From: an uncultured bacterium
GTDB lineage: Bacteria; Patescibacteriota; Minisyncoccia; UBA6257; 2-01-FULL-56-20
Length of the DNA stretch: 64,000 bases
Assembly: GCA_963719425.1 (NCBI GenBank)
Contig: OY970382.1
Span: 813,833-877,832 of the forward strand
Direction of reading: 5' to 3'
Below are positions 29,005 through 38,496 of the stretch, in pieces (position 1 is the stretch's first letter; each line of letters begins with the position of its first letter). The notes under the pieces are model-generated. The model made no database searches. It saw only the letters and a list, made by a program, of their open reading frames with translations, and was not told the origin of the DNA. The position numbers and the translations under genes are program-made.

Positions 29005-29835
29005 ATGGTGATTGACGGGAGAAAGATCGCGGCCGAGATCGCTGATCGCCTCAAGGCGTTGCCGAAACCGGAGAAATTTTTGGCCGGGGTTTTGGTTGGC
29101 AACGACCCTGCGTCAAAGAGTTTCCAGAAGATCAAGCACGACACCGCGGCGCGCCTCGGCGTTGATTACCGTATTTATGAATTTCCGGAGGATTTAACAA
29201 ACGATGCCCTGCGGGAGGAAGTGGGGAAAATTGCGAGGCACAAGACGTGCGGCGGCGTTGTGGTGCAGCTTCCCCTCCCCGATCACTTCAATTGGTATGC
29301 GGTGTTGAACGCCATTCCTCCGGAAAAGGATCCGGATCTTTTGAGCGAGCGGAGCCTGGGCGCGTTCTATAACGGTCGGACCAAGATCGCCCAGCCGGCG
29401 GCGGAGGTCGTTGCGGAGATCTTGAAGCGCATCCAGTTTGATCTGAAAGGAAAAAAAGTGGTCGTCGTCGGACGCGGATTTCTGATCGGCAAACCGATTT
29501 CCTTGTGGCTTCTGGGCCAGAGAGCGGGCGACGTTACGGTGGTGGGAAAGGATTCGGATTTTTCAGCGTTGCGCACCGCCAACCTTGTGATCACAGGCGT
29601 TGGCAAAGCGGGGCTTATCACGCCCGCAATGTTGAAACCGAGTGCTGGTGTGATTGATTTCGGCTATCAGGGCGGCAAGGGGGATTTTGATCCAGGAACG
29701 GCGAGCGTGGGTGCGAGTACGGGCGCTGGCGCGAATGAAGACGGCAAAATCGCATTTTATACACCCACGCCGGGCGGCACAGGGCCTATCCTCGTCGCAA
29801 AGCTTCTGGAGAATTTCTACACACTGAACTCCTGA
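29005..29835 (+). CDS. folD: Methylene-THF dehydrogenase/cyclohydrolase FolD (divergent)
   Basis: IDGRKIA, VVQLPLP, IPPEKDPD, VVVGRG..IGKP, TPTPGGTGP. Confidence 0.88.
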   Translation: MVIDGRKIAAEIADRLKALPKPEKFLAGVLVGNDPASKSFQKIKHDTAARLGVDYRIYEFPEDLTNDALREEVGKIARHKTCGGVVVQLPLPDHFNWYAVLNAIPPEKDPDLLSERSLGAFYNGRTKIAQPAAEVVAEILKRIQFDLKGKKVVVVGRGFLIGKPISLWLLGQRAGDVTVVGKDSDFSALRTANLVITGVGKAGLITPAMLKPSAGVIDFGYQGGKGDFDPGTASVGASTGAGANEDGKIAFYTPTPGGTGPILVAKLLENFYTLNS

Positions 29836-29842
29836 TTTTTCG

Positions 29843-29914
29843 TGCGCGCTGTAGGATTTGAACCTACGACCTACCGCGTGTAAGGCGGTCGCTCTGCCGC
29901 TGAGCTAAGCGCGC
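29843..29914 (-). tRNA. tRNA-Val(TAC)
   Basis: Minus strand GCGCGCT...ACCGC CT TAC AC GCGGT...GGTTCAAATCC. Confidence 0.93.
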
Positions 29915-29953
29915 GTTATTCCATCCTACGGGGAAGCATTGATTTTTTCAACT

Positions 29954-30385
29954 CTAATTCAGTTTTCTCTTTTTTGAGAGAGCTTGCCGAAGCGCGTCTT
30001 TCAGTTCGTCCGCCGTTGGTTCTTCAGGCAATTCTCCTTTGGCTATTTTTTCAACCACGGCGCCTATTGTATCTCCGTACTGGCCAACAAATCGATTATA
30101 TTGCCGCCACTCTTTCCGGGCTTCTTCTTCGAGCGACGCCCTATTGTCACCCCCTTTCTCTTCAAGCTGTTTCAGCAGCGAGCCGGTGTCCATCTCGTTG
30201 AGCTGCGCTCGTAATTTTTCATACTCTTCGCTCACCTCCCCTCCTACTTCAAATTTTTCGTGTTCTCCCGGTCGCAAAATCAGCAACAGTTTGTGGAGAA
30301 TGAACGAGTGGTAAAACTTTTGAAATTCCGGAAGGGTCTCGATCTTGTTCCAATCCGTAAAATCGGGGACGGGCTCATTTTTCAT
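29954..30385 (-). CDS. Hypothetical acidic helical protein
   Basis: 143-aa ORF with TAAAAT 6 nt before the ATG. Confidence 0.65.
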   Translation of the reverse strand: MKNEPVPDFTDWNKIETLPEFQKFYHSFILHKLLLILRPGEHEKFEVGGEVSEEYEKLRAQLNEMDTGSLLKQLEEKGGDNRASLEEEARKEWRQYNRFVGQYGDTIGAVVEKIAKGELPEEPTADELKDALRQALSKKRKLN

Positions 30386-30458
30386 GCCTTCATTTTACCA
30401 TATCGGTTCCCTCCTAAATTCAATTCTCGGCACAGTATTGAATTAGGAGATCGTCGTG

Positions 30459-30530
30459 CGCCCTCGGAGGGAATCGAACCCCCATAACCAGCTTAGAAGT
30501 CTGGCGTTCTGTCCATTGAACTACGAGGGC
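30459..30530 (-). tRNA. tRNA-Arg(TCT)
   Basis: Minus strand GCCCTCG...CCAGA CT TCT AA GCTGG...GGTTCGATTCC...CGAGGGC. Confidence 0.9.
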
Positions 30531-30599
30531 CCCGCGTCGCGTGGCGCCGCTGAACGCATTGATTCTACAACGGAAATAGGATAGTTTGAAGAGGCATCA

Positions 30600-30670
30600 C
30601 GGGCCGTCGTATACCGGTAGTACGCGTGCTTTGGGAGCACGTAGACTGGGTTCAATTCCCAGCGGCCCGA
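30600..30670 (+). tRNA. tRNA-Pro(TGG)
   Basis: CGGGCCG...CGTGC TT TGG GA GCACG...GGTTCAATTCC...CGGCCCG-A. Confidence 0.9.
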
Positions 30671-30704
30671 CGAAGGTGGGACTCGGTAATTATGAAACGT
30701 ATTG

Positions 30705-30980
30705 TGCCGCGGGGGTGAATCGAACACCCGACGCCAGCCTCTTCCGAAGCTGAATTTGGACTATATCATCTTCCTCTAGGAGGAAGCCGGGCGCTTGTGC
30801 GAGATTATTGTTGGGACTCACTCGCTAGTCTCTACGCCTTCTTCGCAACCCATGCCCTGCGAAGCTTGGTTCGGGATTGTCCTTTTGGAGTTCCCCCGAG
30901 TTCACCCGGTTATTCAATCCGCATTGCTGCGGAAAGCCCCAAAGATTTAGGGCTGCGCTCTACCACTGAGCTACCGCGGC
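30705..30980 (-). tRNA. tRNA-Phe(GAA), intron-containing (exons 30980-30949 and 30744-30705)
   Basis: Spliced sequence GCCGCGGTAGCTCAGTGGTAGAGCGCAGCCCT|GAAGAGGCTGGCGTCGGGTGTTCGATTCACCCCCGCGGCA forms a complete cloverleaf. Confidence 0.92.
30745..30948 (-). ncRNA. Group I self-splicing intron (204 nt, no ORF)
   Basis: Follows an exon U and ends in G. P1 GCCCU/GGGGC with U.G pair; P3 CCGGGUG/CGCCCGG; P7 GACUA/UAGUC within R (AGAGACUA) and S (GAUAUAGUCC) elements. Confidence 0.88.
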
Positions 30981-31023
30981 GTGAACAAACCCGCATTCAG
31001 AATATACAATTAAAAGAAATAAG

Positions 31024-31085
31024 TAAACGGTGTAGGCCTTCGGCCGAACTCGTCTGCGCGCGAGGACAAAGGCCTACACCGTTTA
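31024..31085 (-). terminator. Long hairpin at the rpsA 3' end, loop contains the dispersed repeat motif
   Basis: TAAACGGTGTAGGCCTT...AAGGCCTACACCGTTTA perfect 17-bp inverted repeat. Confidence 0.7.
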
Positions 31086-32168
31086 CGCCTTCTTCACCTT
31101 CAGCGTGATCCTTCTTTCTTCTGGCTTCACGGAATCAATAACAAACTGGTACGACTGTCCGATGGCGAGCGCTTTTTTCATCTCGTCTTGTCCGCCGAAC
31201 TCGGAGATGTGTACCATGCCCTGAAGGTCTCCTGCGAGCGCGACGATGGCGCCGAAGGGATTGAACTTGTACACACGGCCTTCCACGGTGGCGCCGGGCT
31301 TCATGGTGTCACCGAGCTTCGCCCACGGATCTTCTTTGAGCGCCTTAAGGGAGAGAAACACACGGCCTTCTTTTATGTCCACGATTTTTGCCTTTAGTTG
31401 GTCGTTCACCGTTACGAGTTCTTTTGGATTGTCTATCAACTTGTAGTCCAGCTCGGAAATGTGGATCATGCCCTCGATCTGCGGATTACCCACGAAGCGG
31501 ACGAAGACGCCAAAGTCGGCGACGCCCGAGACGATGCAATCAACATCCTGCCCCACCGCATAAGCGGCAAGCAGTTCCTTCACGTTCGCCGAAAGTACTT
31601 CGCGCTCGGAAACGATGATCTTGTTGCTCCGCGGATTCACGTCAATGATCTTCACGGAAAGCTCCTGTCCAATAAATTTCTTCAGCTCTTCCGCGATTTT
31701 CACGCGGTCGCCGTCCGGGACTTTCGGATAGTGTTCAAGCGAGAGTTGGGAAACAGGAAGGAAGGATTTCAGTTCTTCGGAGACCACAGCCATCAGCCCA
31801 CCGGCATTCGCGCCGACGATTTTCGCTTTCACGACCTCGCCGACTTCCGCGAGATCTTTCGCCTGTTGCCAAAGCTTTTGCTTGCCTGCTTCGGATAGCG
31901 AAAGTTCAATATTGCCCTCTTCGCCGTCCAGTGCGATGATTTTCGCATTGAGCTTGCCGTCGGGATTTAGGTTGCGCAGCGCCTCCCGCGCGTTCTGAAA
32001 TTCTATGCCATAGACGATGCCGGTGCCGAAGCGGCCCATGTCAAAATAGGCCTTGCGGGAAAGCTTTTTGATGAGCGTGACTTCCACAACCGTGCCTTCT
32101 TTTGGCCAATCGGCCGCCGAAAGCTCGGTCTTCAGGAACTGCGCGATGTTCGCGTCCGTTTGAGGCAT
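31083..32168 (-). CDS. rpsA: Ribosomal protein S1-like, four S1 domains
   Basis: Repeated S1 motifs: FLPVSQLS, FGVFV...EGMIHISEL, FGAIV...GMVHISE. Confidence 0.88.
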   Translation of the reverse strand: MPQTDANIAQFLKTELSAADWPKEGTVVEVTLIKKLSRKAYFDMGRFGTGIVYGIEFQNAREALRNLNPDGKLNAKIIALDGEEGNIELSLSEAGKQKLWQQAKDLAEVGEVVKAKIVGANAGGLMAVVSEELKSFLPVSQLSLEHYPKVPDGDRVKIAEELKKFIGQELSVKIIDVNPRSNKIIVSEREVLSANVKELLAAYAVGQDVDCIVSGVADFGVFVRFVGNPQIEGMIHISELDYKLIDNPKELVTVNDQLKAKIVDIKEGRVFLSLKALKEDPWAKLGDTMKPGATVEGRVYKFNPFGAIVALAGDLQGMVHISEFGGQDEMKKALAIGQSYQFVIDSVKPEERRITLKVKKA

Positions 32169-32338
32169 TGGTGCTCATTGTATTCAATAAAAAGGCAAAT
32201 TGCAAGCAGGTAGAGAGGCGTGGGAATGTGTTTGGGCCGAATTCGTCTTCGCGCGAGGACGAAATGCATTCTTACGCGCGCCTGGGTATGCCCGACGGCG
32301 GTTGTATTTCGGCCGATTTTTTGATAAAATGTCCTCAT

Positions 32339-32950
32339 ATGGTTTTGAATTATTTTGGCAACGGAGCCTTTCGGCTCCAAAGCGGAGACACGTCCATCCT
32401 CGTGAATCCGGAGAACAACCGCCTCAAGGCGGATGTTACATTAAAGACGCTTGTGGCGTCGGAAAGCCCGCTTGCGGCGGAGGCGACAGCGAGCGCGGCC
32501 GGAGCGGCGGGCGGTGCCGCGGCTGCGGCGCAAACGATCGCATTCCCCGGCGAGTACGAAGTGAAGGAAATAGAAATTTTGGGGTATCCCGTCGCTGCCG
32601 AATCAACGGAAAAGTTTTTGAAGACGGTGTATGCAGTGTATTGGGAGGAAATGAAATTTGTTTTCTTGGGGCATCTCTCCCGGCCCGTGGACGCGGCGCT
32701 CATGGAGGAGCTTTTGGCACCGGACGTGCTCATCCTGCCCGTCGGCGGCGGCCATTTTTTGGAGCCGGAGATCGCGGCGAAGGTCGCGAAGCAACTTGAA
32801 GCGCGCATTGTCATTCCGAGCTTTTATAAAAACCCCGACGAGTTTCTGAAGGCGCTTGGCAAGAAGGCGGAAAAAATGGATAGATTCGTATTCAAGCAAA
32901 AGGACATTATGGGCGACAAAGGGCGGCCGATCGTTTTGAGCGCGGGCTGA
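32339..32950 (+). CDS. Metallo-beta-lactamase fold protein (degenerate; HxHxDH motif not visible)
   Basis: LNYFGNGAFRL, PGEYEVKEI, FLGHL, DVLILPVGG, IVIP. Start trimmed to ATG 32339. Confidence 0.78.
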   Translation: MVLNYFGNGAFRLQSGDTSILVNPENNRLKADVTLKTLVASESPLAAEATASAAGAAGGAAAAAQTIAFPGEYEVKEIEILGYPVAAESTEKFLKTVYAVYWEEMKFVFLGHLSRPVDAALMEELLAPDVLILPVGGGHFLEPEIAAKVAKQLEARIVIPSFYKNPDEFLKALGKKAEKMDRFVFKQKDIMGDKGRPIVLSAG

Positions 32951-33309
32951 TGCGGGTCATGCGCGAGGCAGAGAAAAAGAGCTTTCTTGAAGAGCTGCAG
33001 TCGCTTGACGAAGCGACCAAAACGAAAATTTTGGTCGTGGCAACGGCGGTCGCCATGATTATCGTGATTTACGTTTGGCTCGCTTATTTCAATAACCTTA
33101 TCGCGGGGGTCGCACAAGAAGGCGCTGCTTCGTCCGCCGTTTCGTCCTCCGCCGCATCATCGCCTGCGGTGTCCTCGGGTGGGGTAAGTATCTGGCAGAA
33201 TATGGAAGGCGGCATCGGGACGCTCTACGGGAAAGGCGTGGGATTTCTGCATTATTTGGGAAACATTCTACAGGCGCCGCGGCAATACATCGTAAAACCG
33301 CCACAGTAA
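32950..33309 (+). CDS. Hypothetical single-TM protein
   Basis: TM segment followed by a Ser/Ala-rich linker; TGATG overlap with the upstream gene. Confidence 0.65.
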   Translation: MRVMREAEKKSFLEELQSLDEATKTKILVVATAVAMIIVIYVWLAYFNNLIAGVAQEGAASSAVSSSAASSPAVSSGGVSIWQNMEGGIGTLYGKGVGFLHYLGNILQAPRQYIVKPPQ

Positions 33310-33332
33310 ATTTTTCATAGCTAATTTTTAAC

Positions 33333-35783
33333 ATGGCAAAGCTGGAAAAAAGGGAAATTACAAAAGAGCTTAGCGAGTCATACTTGGACTACGCGATGTC
33401 GGTCATCGTCGCGCGGGCGCTGCCCGATGTGCGCGATGGCTTGAAGCCGGTGCAACGGCGGATTCTTTGGGACATGTGGGAATCGGGACTCACGCACCTT
33501 GCAAAGTTCAGGAAGTCGGCAACCGTGGTGGGTGACACGATGTCCAAGTATCACCCGCACGGCGACATGGCGATCTACGATACCCTCGTGCGCCTCGCGC
33601 AGGATTTTTCGCTCCGCTACCCGCTCGTGCACGGGCAGGGGAATTTTGGTTCGGTGGACGGCGACCCGCCGGCGGCGCACCGCTACACGGAGGCGAAGCT
33701 TTCGCGGATCACCGAGGAGGTGCTTGCGGATATTGAAAAAGAAACGGTTGATTGGGCGCCGAATTACGATGGGACGAGGAACGAGCCGCGCGTGCTTCCC
33801 GCGAAACTCCCCAATCTTCTTTTGAACGGGACGCTCGGCATCGCGGTGGGGATGGCGACGAGCATTCCCACGCACAACCTAAACGAGATCGCGGACGCCA
33901 TTCTTTATCTTGCGGACAATCCCGACGCGACAAGCGAGGACCTTTTACAATTTGTGAAGGGGCCGGATTTTCCGACGGGCGGCATCATCTATGACGCGAA
34001 GGCGATACGCGAAGCGTACGTGTCCGGACGCGGCGCGGTTCTCACGCGTGCGAAAACGGAGATCGTGGAGAACAAGGCCGGCAAGCAGTTTGACATTGTG
34101 GTGACGGAGATTCCGTACCAGGTAAATAAGGCCGAACTCATAAAGACGATCGCCGAGCTCGCGCAGGAAAAGAAGATAGAAGGCATCCGCGACCTCCGCG
34201 ACGAGTCCGATCGCGAGGGGATGCGCATCGTGATTGAACTCAAGAACGACGTGGTACCCCAGAAGATTCTAAACTGGCTCTACAAGCACACCGATCTTGA
34301 AAAGAATTTCAACATGAACATGACCGCGCTCGTTGCCAATGCGGACGGTGGCAACGGCGGCCTTGAGCCGCGACTCTTGTCGTTGCGCGACATCCTTGCC
34401 GAGTATCTCGCGTATCGGAAGGAGGTGGTGCGGCGGCGGACACAGTTTGACCTCAAGAAGGCGCAGGAGCGCGCCCATATTTTGGAAGGTCTTGCGAAAG
34501 CACTTGACGCGATTGATCGCGTGATCGCAACGATCAAGAAATCGAAGGATAAAGAAGAAGCGCATGCGAACCTCATGAAACAATTTAAGTTCACCGATAT
34601 CCAGGCGACGGCGATCTTGGAGATGCGGCTCCAGACGCTCGCCGCGCTTGAGCACCAAAAGATAGACGCGGAACTCACGGAGAAAAAAGCGCTCATTGAA
34701 GAACTGACACTTATTTTGAAGAGCCCGGCACGGATATTAAAAATTATCAAAGACGAAATCCGCGAACTCAAAGAAAAATACGGCGACGAGCGGAGGACAC
34801 AGGTCATTGCGCACGCCGTTGCGGCGATGAGCGATGAAGATTTGATCAACGACGAGGATGCAATCGTGACGGTTTCGGGCGGCGGGTACATCAAGCGGCT
34901 GCCGCCGAGCACTTTTAAAGTGCAAAAACGCGGCGGCAAGGGACTCATTGGCTCCGAAGTGGCCGACGAGGATTTCCTTTCGCATTTCTTCAGCGCGCGG
35001 ACGCACGACAACGTTTTATTCTTCACGAACCGCGGGCGCGCGTTCCAAACGAAGGTCTACGAGATTCCGCAGGCGACGCGCACGTCAAAAGGCAAGGCCA
35101 TCCAGAACTTTTTGGAACTGCCGGCTGACGAAACCGTGAGCGCGATCGTGAACTACTCCTCGAGAGGTCCAAAACGCGCAGAGAAAAAATATCTGATGTT
35201 GGTTACAAAACGGGGGGTGATCAAAAAGTCGCCGCTTGAGGATTTTGAAAATATCCGCCGCACTGGCATCATTGCGATTAAGCTCAAAAAAGGAGATCAG
35301 CTCAAGTGGGCACGGCTCACGGGCGGTACGGACCAGGTGATCCTCGTGACGCGCCAGGGACAGTCCATCCGCTTTGATGAAAAACAGGTGCGTTCCATGG
35401 GGCGGGCCGCGGCGGGCGTCCGCGCGATCAGATTGAAGAAACAGAACGACGAGGTCGCGGGCTTTGCTATAATCAAGGGAGGAGAAGCGAAACTCCTTGT
35501 GGTCATGGAGAACGGTTTCGCGAAGCAGACGCCGCTCAAGGAATATAAGACGCAGAGCCGAGGCGGATCGGGCGTGAAGACCGCGGAGATCACGGCGAAG
35601 ACCGGGTCCCTGACCTCCGCGCACGTTGTGACGGAAGAAAAGGAGGTCTTCGCGCTTTCGGCGAAAGGGCAGATGATCCGCACCGAGCTCAAGGCGGTGC
35701 GCACGACCGGGCGCTCGGCGCAGGGCGTGCGCATCATGAATCTGAAGGGCGGTGACCGGTTGGCTGGGACAGTGGTGATCTAG
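33333..35783 (+). CDS. gyrA: DNA gyrase subunit A
   Basis: [29 protein letters not shown], GyrA-box QKRGGKG, pinwheel repeats. Confidence 0.97.
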   Translation: MAKLEKREITKELSESYLDYAMSVIVARALPDVRDGLKPVQRRILWDMWESGLTHLAKFRKSATVVGDTMSKYHPHGDMAIYDTLVRLAQDFSLRYPLVHGQGNFGSVDGDPPAAHRYTEAKLSRITEEVLADIEKETVDWAPNYDGTRNEPRVLPAKLPNLLLNGTLGIAVGMATSIPTHNLNEIADAILYLADNPDATSEDLLQFVKGPDFPTGGIIYDAKAIREAYVSGRGAVLTRAKTEIVENKAGKQFDIVVTEIPYQVNKAELIKTIAELAQEKKIEGIRDLRDESDREGMRIVIELKNDVVPQKILNWLYKHTDLEKNFNMNMTALVANADGGNGGLEPRLLSLRDILAEYLAYRKEVVRRRTQFDLKKAQERAHILEGLAKALDAIDRVIATIKKSKDKEEAHANLMKQFKFTDIQATAILEMRLQTLAALEHQKIDAELTEKKALIEELTLILKSPARILKIIKDEIRELKEKYGDERRTQVIAHAVAAMSDEDLINDEDAIVTVSGGGYIKRLPPSTFKVQKRGGKGLIGSEVADEDFLSHFFSARTHDNVLFFTNRGRAFQTKVYEIPQATRTSKGKAIQNFLELPADETVSAIVNYSSRGPKRAEKKYLMLVTKRGVIKKSPLEDFENIRRTGIIAIKLKKGDQLKWARLTGGTDQVILVTRQGQSIRFDEKQVRSMGRAAAGVRAIRLKKQNDEVAGFAIIKGGEAKLLVVMENGFAKQTPLKEYKTQSRGGSGVKTAEITAKTGSLTSAHVVTEEKEVFALSAKGQMIRTELKAVRTTGRSAQGVRIMNLKGGDRLAGTVVI

Positions 35784-35836
35784 TAACTAGTTGCTGGGAA
35801 ACCTAGTTGCTAGTCGCCGATAGTCAGTAACTAGTA
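35780..35836. repeat. CTAG-rich short repeat spacer
   Basis: Five CTAG in 57 bp; AGTAACTAGT twice; CTAGTTGCT twice. Confidence 0.55.
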
Positions 35837-35838
35837 CA

Positions 35839-37125
35839 ATGCCCGTAAAACTTTCCAAAAAACAGATTGTCATCATTGGTGGAGGAGTCGTCGTTTTGAT
35901 TGTCGTTGTCGTCCTCCTTTATATCGGGTTGCGCCCAAAGGTGAATACCGGTTCGGGGGTTGCGCTTACCGTGTGGGGCACCGAGGACAGCGGAACCTTC
36001 GGGAGTATTCTTGCGTCGTATCCGTACGGGAAGGTGACGTACGTGCAGGTTGACCCCGCGAACTATCATTCACTGATTCTCTCCGCCCTCGCGGCGGGTA
36101 CCGGCCCCGACGTGTTTGAAGTAAGCAACCGCGAGCTCCCAAAATGGGCATCGGTTCTCATGCCGTTCCCCGCTTCCTCAACACAGTTCGGCGTCCTCCA
36201 GCTTCAAAGCTTGTTCCCGGACACGGTGGCGAGGGATTTTGTTCGGGGCGGGGGAATTTACGGGCTCCCGCTTTCCATTGATACGCTCGCCATGGTGTAC
36301 AACAAAGACCTTTTCAACGCTGCGGGCGTCGCGGTTCCTCCTGCGACATGGGACGATTTTGATACGGACGTTGTGAGGCTCCGCCGCATGAATGCGGCGG
36401 GCGAGCTCATGCAGGCGGCGGCGGCGATTGGCGGCTCGGGCGCGAGCATCCCAAATGCCGTTGACATCCTTTCACTGCTTATGCTCCAAAGCGGGGCGCA
36501 GATGACGGACGACAGGGGAACCGCCGCGACGTTTTTCACTGGCGGGGACAACGGCGCCACGGGCGTTGCCGCGTTCAATTTCTACCTGCAATTCGCGAAC
36601 GCGGCATCGCCGTATTACACTTGGAACGACGGAATGGGAAACGCGGTTGATAGTTTCGTGGCGGGAAAGACTGCGATTATATTTGCATACCAGTCGGATC
36701 TCGCGGCGATAGAAGCGAAAGCGCCTTACCTCAGTATAGGCATCGCGCCGATGCCGCAGGCGAATGGGGCGAGCATGCCCGTGAATTATCCGGAATACAA
36801 CGGCTTAGCGGCGGCGAAAGCGGGCAAATCAGCCGATGCCTGGAATCTCATCTTTTATCTCGCGACAAATGCGGCCAATGCGGCGGCGTACCAAGGCGCA
36901 ACCGGGAAACCGCCCGCGCTCCGCGCCCTGATTCAAGCAGAAGCGAACAGCGCCTCCCTCTCCGTTTTTGCAACACAGATCTTGACCGCGAAATCATGGT
37001 ACGAGGCCGACGATACCCAGATAGACGCCATTTTTGACACTGCCATAAAAAACGTGCTCGACGGTTCTGCAGATTCATCTCAAGCCCTGAACCAGGCACA
37101 AACGGCCGTAAGTCAATTAATGTAA
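35839..37125 (+). CDS. Membrane-anchored extracellular solute-binding protein (family 1, sugar-binding type)
   Basis: LTVWG, ALAAGTGPDVF, YGLPLSIDTLAMVYNKDLF, PPATWDDF, FVAGKTA. Confidence 0.88.
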   Translation: MPVKLSKKQIVIIGGGVVVLIVVVVLLYIGLRPKVNTGSGVALTVWGTEDSGTFGSILASYPYGKVTYVQVDPANYHSLILSALAAGTGPDVFEVSNRELPKWASVLMPFPASSTQFGVLQLQSLFPDTVARDFVRGGGIYGLPLSIDTLAMVYNKDLFNAAGVAVPPATWDDFDTDVVRLRRMNAAGELMQAAAAIGGSGASIPNAVDILSLLMLQSGAQMTDDRGTAATFFTGGDNGATGVAAFNFYLQFANAASPYYTWNDGMGNAVDSFVAGKTAIIFAYQSDLAAIEAKAPYLSIGIAPMPQANGASMPVNYPEYNGLAAAKAGKSADAWNLIFYLATNAANAAAYQGATGKPPALRALIQAEANSASLSVFATQILTAKSWYEADDTQIDAIFDTAIKNVLDGSADSSQALNQAQTAVSQLM

Positions 37126-37127
37126 TA

Positions 37128-37586
37128 ATGAATAAGATGAAAACAAAACTTGTCGGCGCTCTTGCCTTGTTCGTGATTGTGACGCCGTATCTCGCGTTCG
37201 CTGCGATCAATAGCAATGTGTGGAGCCCAACCATTTTGAAGGGGCCGCTCATTTCGTGCACGGGAGCAGGAACGGCCGGCGGCACTGATACTAAGAATTG
37301 TCAGAATCTTTGCGACCTCGTGAGCACCGCGGCGAACGTCATCTATTTCGGGATCGGCGTCGTGATTTGGATCATCGCGCCGATTATGATCGCGTGGAGC
37401 GGGATCAGATTACTCATCGCGCGCGGCAGGCCGGAAAAGATAAGCGAGGCCCACAAAATGATCACAAGCGTGGTGTGGGGACTCGTGATCGCGCTTTGCG
37501 CGTACATCATCGTGTACACTTTCATTCACGTCCTTAACATAACCGGCATCGGCGGCTTTGGCACGTCCGCGTGCAGCGTCCAATAA
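37128..37586 (+). CDS. TrbC/VirB2-like pilin-domain protein 1 (Cys-rich N-terminus)
   Basis: Signal peptide, C..C..C, then TM-GIRLLIARGRPEKISEAHKMITSVVWG-TM. Confidence 0.75.
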   Translation: MNKMKTKLVGALALFVIVTPYLAFAAINSNVWSPTILKGPLISCTGAGTAGGTDTKNCQNLCDLVSTAANVIYFGIGVVIWIIAPIMIAWSGIRLLIARGRPEKISEAHKMITSVVWGLVIALCAYIIVYTFIHVLNITGIGGFGTSACSVQ

Positions 37587-38483
37587 ATGAACTCGGTACA
37601 GATCACCATTAATCCCAATCTTCCCGGCGTGGCGTCTTCCACCTCCTTTCCCGGCCTTGTCAGTGGTTTCTACAGCTTCGCCCTTCTCATGGCCGGCATC
37701 CTTGCCTTCGGCGCGATCGTCTACGGTGGCATCAAGTACGCGGTGAGCCGCGGCAATCCCTCGGCCGAGAGTGAGGGAAAAAGCTGGATTACGAATGCGC
37801 TCATTGGACTCCTGCTTCTTGCCGGCGCGTACGTCGTTCTTTATACCGTGAATCCGCAGATCGTTTCACTTCAAATTCCCGGTCTGCCGGGGCTGTCTGC
37901 GGTTTCGTCCACGGGAGGCGGGATAGGAGGTGGGGGCGGTGGTGGGGGCGGTGGCGGGACATGTTCTACAATCAGCGATCCGTCAAATTCTTGCAGCATT
38001 AGCAGCGTGCAATCAGCGTGCAGCGCGTGGGTTCCGAATTTAGCATCGCAGGTTTGCAATAAGGAAAGCGGCGGCGGCACAAACCCGGGCATACAAAGCG
38101 GTACCGACAAATGCGAAGACGGCACATCGTTCTCCGTAGGATTGTGGCAGATTAACGTTATCTCCACGCCCGGCGTGCCCTCGGCGTGCAGCTTCACCGA
38201 AGATACGAGTCCTTCCACCAAAGGCGTTGGCTGCAATGGAAGTTATTCCAGTAAACAGGCGCAAGGGTATTGCCTACAATGTAAAACGGGCGGGGGAGGG
38301 CTATACTGTTCAGAGTGGAGCTGTTCTTTTAATACCAGTTCGGGCGATTATAACAGCTGTGTGTCTGGCGTTGCGTCACAGAATGACCAATTAGCTTGCA
38401 CGCTTTATAGTCAGTCGCATGGCGGGAGTTTTTGCCCGTGGAAATATACCGCAAATCTGTGCAGCATTTCCGTGCCTTGCTAA
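37587..38483 (+). CDS. Pilin-domain protein 2 fused via poly-Gly to a Cys-rich lysozyme/SLT-like domain
   Basis: GGIKYAVSRGNPSAESEGKSWITNALIG...TVNP, then a Gly run, then VCNKESGG...SVGLWQIN...FCPW; 16 Cys. Confidence 0.75.
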   Translation: MNSVQITINPNLPGVASSTSFPGLVSGFYSFALLMAGILAFGAIVYGGIKYAVSRGNPSAESEGKSWITNALIGLLLLAGAYVVLYTVNPQIVSLQIPGLPGLSAVSSTGGGIGGGGGGGGGGGTCSTISDPSNSCSISSVQSACSAWVPNLASQVCNKESGGGTNPGIQSGTDKCEDGTSFSVGLWQINVISTPGVPSACSFTEDTSPSTKGVGCNGSYSSKQAQGYCLQCKTGGGGLYCSEWSCSFNTSSGDYNSCVSGVASQNDQLACTLYSQSHGGSFCPWKYTANLCSISVPC

Positions 38484-38496
38484 TGGAAGTTCATTT

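Noticed and set aside
30797-31108. 103-aa ORF as an intron homing endonuclease
   Set aside because: Wrong strand, extends beyond the intron, and has no LAGLIDADG, GIY-YIG or HNH motif.
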